Positions 61,061 through 64,000 of a DNA stretch of 64,000 bases are shown piece after piece. Each line of letters opens with the position of its first letter. Position 1 is the first letter of the stretch. The notes under the pieces were generated by a model. It was not told the DNA's origin. It worked only from the letters and a program-made list of their open reading frames with translations, and did not search any database. The stretch is from Candidatus Latescibacterota bacterium (GTDB lineage: Bacteria > Krumholzibacteriota > Krumholzibacteriia > WVZY01), in assembly GCA_963791045.1 (NCBI GenBank), contig CAWBQK010000007.1, positions 160,001-224,000 on the forward strand, given 5' to 3'. The translations under genes and the position numbers were made by a program.

Positions 61061-62743
61061 TTGACGGATAGAATCGCTAAAAAACTCCTGGATTCAAGCC
61101 TAATAAGCCAGGAGCAAATGGGTCGCGCGCTCGAGGTCCAGAAGACCGAGGGCGGTTCTCTTGGTTACAATCTCGTCAAGACCGGCGCGATTTCGGAGTT
61201 GGCCTTCGCCGAATTCATGGGGCAGGTGTTCAATGTTCCGGCGATCAACCTCGATGAAGCCGATCCCAGCGGCGACGCGGTCGCGTTGATTCCAACCGAG
61301 GTAGCCACCAAGTTTCAGGTCGTCCCCATCCAACGAGAAGGCAGAATCCTCACCGTTGCGATGGCCAACCCGGACAATATCTTTGCGATCGACGACATCA
61401 AGTTCATTACCGGTCTTGAGGTGCGGCCCGTAGTCGCGACGGAATCCTCGATCAAGAAGGCCATCGATCGCCTGTACGACTCGGCGGACTCGCTGGCCAG
61501 CATTATGAGGGACATGGAGGAGGACTTCGAGATCGTCGATGACATCGACGAGGACATTTCACTCGAAGAAGTCCAGTCCACCGATGCGCCGGTAGTCAAG
61601 CTGGTGAACAGCCTCATCGCCGACGCCGTCGCCAAGCACGCGAGTGATATTCATATTGAACCATACGAAAAACAGGTGCGCGTTCGCTACAGGATCGACG
61701 GAATGCTCCACGAGATGATGTCCCCGCCGTTCAAGATGAAGGGCGCTATCATTTCGAGACTCAAGATTATGGCCGAGCTGGACATCGCCGAGAAACGAGT
61801 TCCGCAGGACGGCCGCATAAAGATTCGGATCGGCAGCAAATCAATCGACCTTCGTGTCAGTTCGCTTCCGACGATTTATGGCGAGAAAGTCGTGATGCGT
61901 ATCCTCGACAAAAGCAATCTCCAGATCGATCTCTCAAAACTGGGTTTCGACGAGAAAGCATTGGCGAGATTTCTCGATGCGATTGAGAGTCCCTATGGAA
62001 TGGTGCTCGTAACGGGACCGACGGGTTCGGGTAAAAGTACAACTCTCTACAGCGCGCTGAATCGAATCAACAAACCTTTCACGAACATCATGACGGCCGA
62101 GGATCCCGTTGAGTACAACATCGACGGCATCAACCAGGTCAACGTAAACGACGACATCGGACTGTCGTTTGCTGCCGCGTTGAGGGCATTCCTCCGCCAG
62201 GATCCCAACATCGTAATGGTAGGTGAGATTCGTGACCTCGAGACGGGATCGATCGCGATCAAGGCGGCTCTGACGGGTCACCTCGTTTTGAGCACGCTTC
62301 ATACGAACGACGCTCCCAGTTCGGTCAACAGAATGATCGACATGGGAATCGAACCGTTCCTTGTGTCGAGTTCGGTAATCATGATCATCGCACAGCGTCT
62401 TGTTCGCAAGCTCTGCGCGAAGTGCAAACAACCGGTCAAGCTCCACGAGGAGACACTCCGGGAGTTGGGAATCGAGGAATCCCCCGAGGAATTGACGTTG
62501 TTCGAAGCGAGGGGTTGCATCGACTGTAACGATACGGGCTACGCGGGCCGGCTCGGACTCTACGAGGTTATGCCGATCTCGGGGACGGTCAAAGAAATGA
62601 TTATCGATCGGAAATCGGTGACTGATTTGAAGACCCAGGCCGTTAAAGAAGGAATGCTTACGCTACGGACTGACGGTCTAGAAAAATTCAAACGTGGAAT
62701 TACATCACTCGAAGAAATTCTCCGAGAAACAACCGAGTTTTAA
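61061..62743 (+). CDS. pilB: type IV-A pilus assembly ATPase PilB
   Basis: DAPVVKLVN, ASDIHIEP, GPTGSGKST, TAEDPVE, LRQDP, tetracysteine motif; TTG start after GGAGG. Confidence 0.95.
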   Translation: MTDRIAKKLLDSSLISQEQMGRALEVQKTEGGSLGYNLVKTGAISELAFAEFMGQVFNVPAINLDEADPSGDAVALIPTEVATKFQVVPIQREGRILTVAMANPDNIFAIDDIKFITGLEVRPVVATESSIKKAIDRLYDSADSLASIMRDMEEDFEIVDDIDEDISLEEVQSTDAPVVKLVNSLIADAVAKHASDIHIEPYEKQVRVRYRIDGMLHEMMSPPFKMKGAIISRLKIMAELDIAEKRVPQDGRIKIRIGSKSIDLRVSSLPTIYGEKVVMRILDKSNLQIDLSKLGFDEKALARFLDAIESPYGMVLVTGPTGSGKSTTLYSALNRINKPFTNIMTAEDPVEYNIDGINQVNVNDDIGLSFAAALRAFLRQDPNIVMVGEIRDLETGSIAIKAALTGHLVLSTLHTNDAPSSVNRMIDMGIEPFLVSSSVIMIIAQRLVRKLCAKCKQPVKLHEETLRELGIEESPEELTLFEARGCIDCNDTGYAGRLGLYEVMPISGTVKEMIIDRKSVTDLKTQAVKEGMLTLRTDGLEKFKRGITSLEEILRETTEF

Positions 62744-62758
62744 GAAGGCGGATGGATC

Positions 62759-63835
62759 ATGATCAACCTGCGGGATCTTTTGCACGAAATGATCGAGAAA
62801 AAGGCGTCTGACCTGCACATCACCGCGGGATTGTCTCCACAGTTGAGAATAGACGGACAAGTGACGCCGACACCGCATGAGAAAATGACGCCCGAAGACA
62901 CATTGCACATCACCTACAGCGTGCTCAACGAAGAACAGCAGAAACGGTTCGAGGCGGAAAAAGAGCTCGACTTCTCGTTTGGCGTCAAGGGACTTAGCCG
63001 GTTTCGCGCAAACGTATTTCTGCAGCGCGGAGTGGTTAGCCTCGCGATCAGGCAGATTCCGTACGAGATTCTGGACATGAGAACGCTGGGATTGCCGCAA
63101 CGTCATCGAGAGACTTGCGGAAAAACAACGGGGCATGATCCTCGTTACCGGGTCCAACAGGATGTGGCAAATCGACAACACTTGCCAGCGTCATTGACAA
63201 GGTGAACAGGGAGAGAACCAGTCACATCATCACGATCGAAGACCCCATCGAATACATCCATCAACACAAGCGGTGCATTGTAAACCAGCGAGAGGTAAAG
63301 GCGGATACGGAGAGTTTTTCCGTTGCCCTCAAACACGTGCTTCGCCAGGACCCCGACGTCATTCTGATCGGCGAGATGCGCGACCTTGAGACGATGGCCG
63401 CCGGACTGACAATCGCGGAGACCGGTCACTTGACCCTGGCGACACTCTCACACGAACTCCACATATGAGTCCATCAACCGTATCGTCGATTCCTTCCCGG
63501 CGTCGCAGCAGGGGCAGGTTCGAGCCCAGCTGGCGTTTGTTCTCGAAGGTGTCGTTACGCAACAGCTCATCCCGCGGGCAAACGGGAAGGGTCGGGTCCT
63601 TGTCTGCGAGGTGATGGTTTGTACGCCGGCCATCCGCGCGACGATCAGGGACGACAAGGTTCACCAGATCTATGGCTTGATGCAGGCCGGACAGAAATTC
63701 GGGATGCAGACGATGAACCAGGGTCTGTTCAACGCAGCAATCAAAGGTGATATCACCACCAACGAAGCTTTGAGAAGAAGTGCGGATCCGGAAGAGCTCG
63801 CCAACATGCTCGGGACAAAAGTGCCGGTTTGCTGA
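62759..63835 (+). CDS. pilT: pilus retraction ATPase PilT (three apparent +1 frameshifts)
   Basis: ASDLHI and RFRANVF. Removing single bases at ~63098, ~63150 and ~63448 restores [29 protein letters not shown] and GMQTM. Confidence 0.9.
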
Positions 63836-63871
63836 TTAGGACCCGCGGTACCGGCTTAAGGGGGATCTACA

Positions 63872-64000
63872 ATGGCCACGACATTCGTATGGAAGGGACG
63901 GAGTCCGACAGGAGAGATCCTTTCCGGTGAATACGTAACCGAGAACAAGCAGGAACTCATTGGGCACCTGCGCAAAAAGAAAGATCATTGTCACTTCTCT
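63872..64000 (+). CDS. pilC: type IV pilus platform protein PilC, N-terminus (runs off the window)
   Basis: MATTFVWKGRSPTGEILSGEY...LRK, in pilB-pilT-pilC order. Confidence 0.7.
   Translation, partial: MATTFVWKGRSPTGEILSGEYVTENKQELIGHLRKKKDHCHFS

Noticed and set aside
60760-61071. 103-aa ORF upstream of pilB
   Set aside because: It has no recognisable motifs and overlaps the sigma54 site and the pilB start; probably regulatory DNA.

Overview
Gene-dense, GC-rich bacterial chromosome segment from a diderm. T9SS PorU/PorV genes together with deltaproteobacteria-like type IV pilus genes suggest an FCB-superphylum candidate lineage (inference only). Most of the window is housekeeping: recG 3' end, valS, uvrB, nadC-birA-coaX, CIRCE-groES-groEL, dapL-folB-folK-dNK-panB-panC, ppiD, dnaE, accA and hutUI. 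Four modules stand out. (1) A dispersed Myxococcus-style polarity/T4P set: a Zn-ribbon-RomX-like gene, an orphan MglA GTPase with a long tail, an SgmX-like TPR protein and pilB-pilT-pilC. Three of these loci have exactly spaced sigma54 -24/-12 sites. (2) A 13-kb envelope locus: PorU, PorV, two paralogous unknown proteins, an NHL lipoprotein, a giant barrel-like protein with SprA-like motifs and an Omp85 protein; this is a candidate variant secretion system. (3) A PatA-like acyltransferase / PimA-like GT4 / MFS glycolipid cassette, plus a DGGGP-synthase-like UbiA protein. (4) A solitary ECF S-component coupled to an outer-membrane receptor. Several genes carry 1-2 nt indels that are probably long-read errors. 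No rRNA, tRNA, CRISPR array or mobile element was recognised. All family calls come from motif recognition, not database searches.
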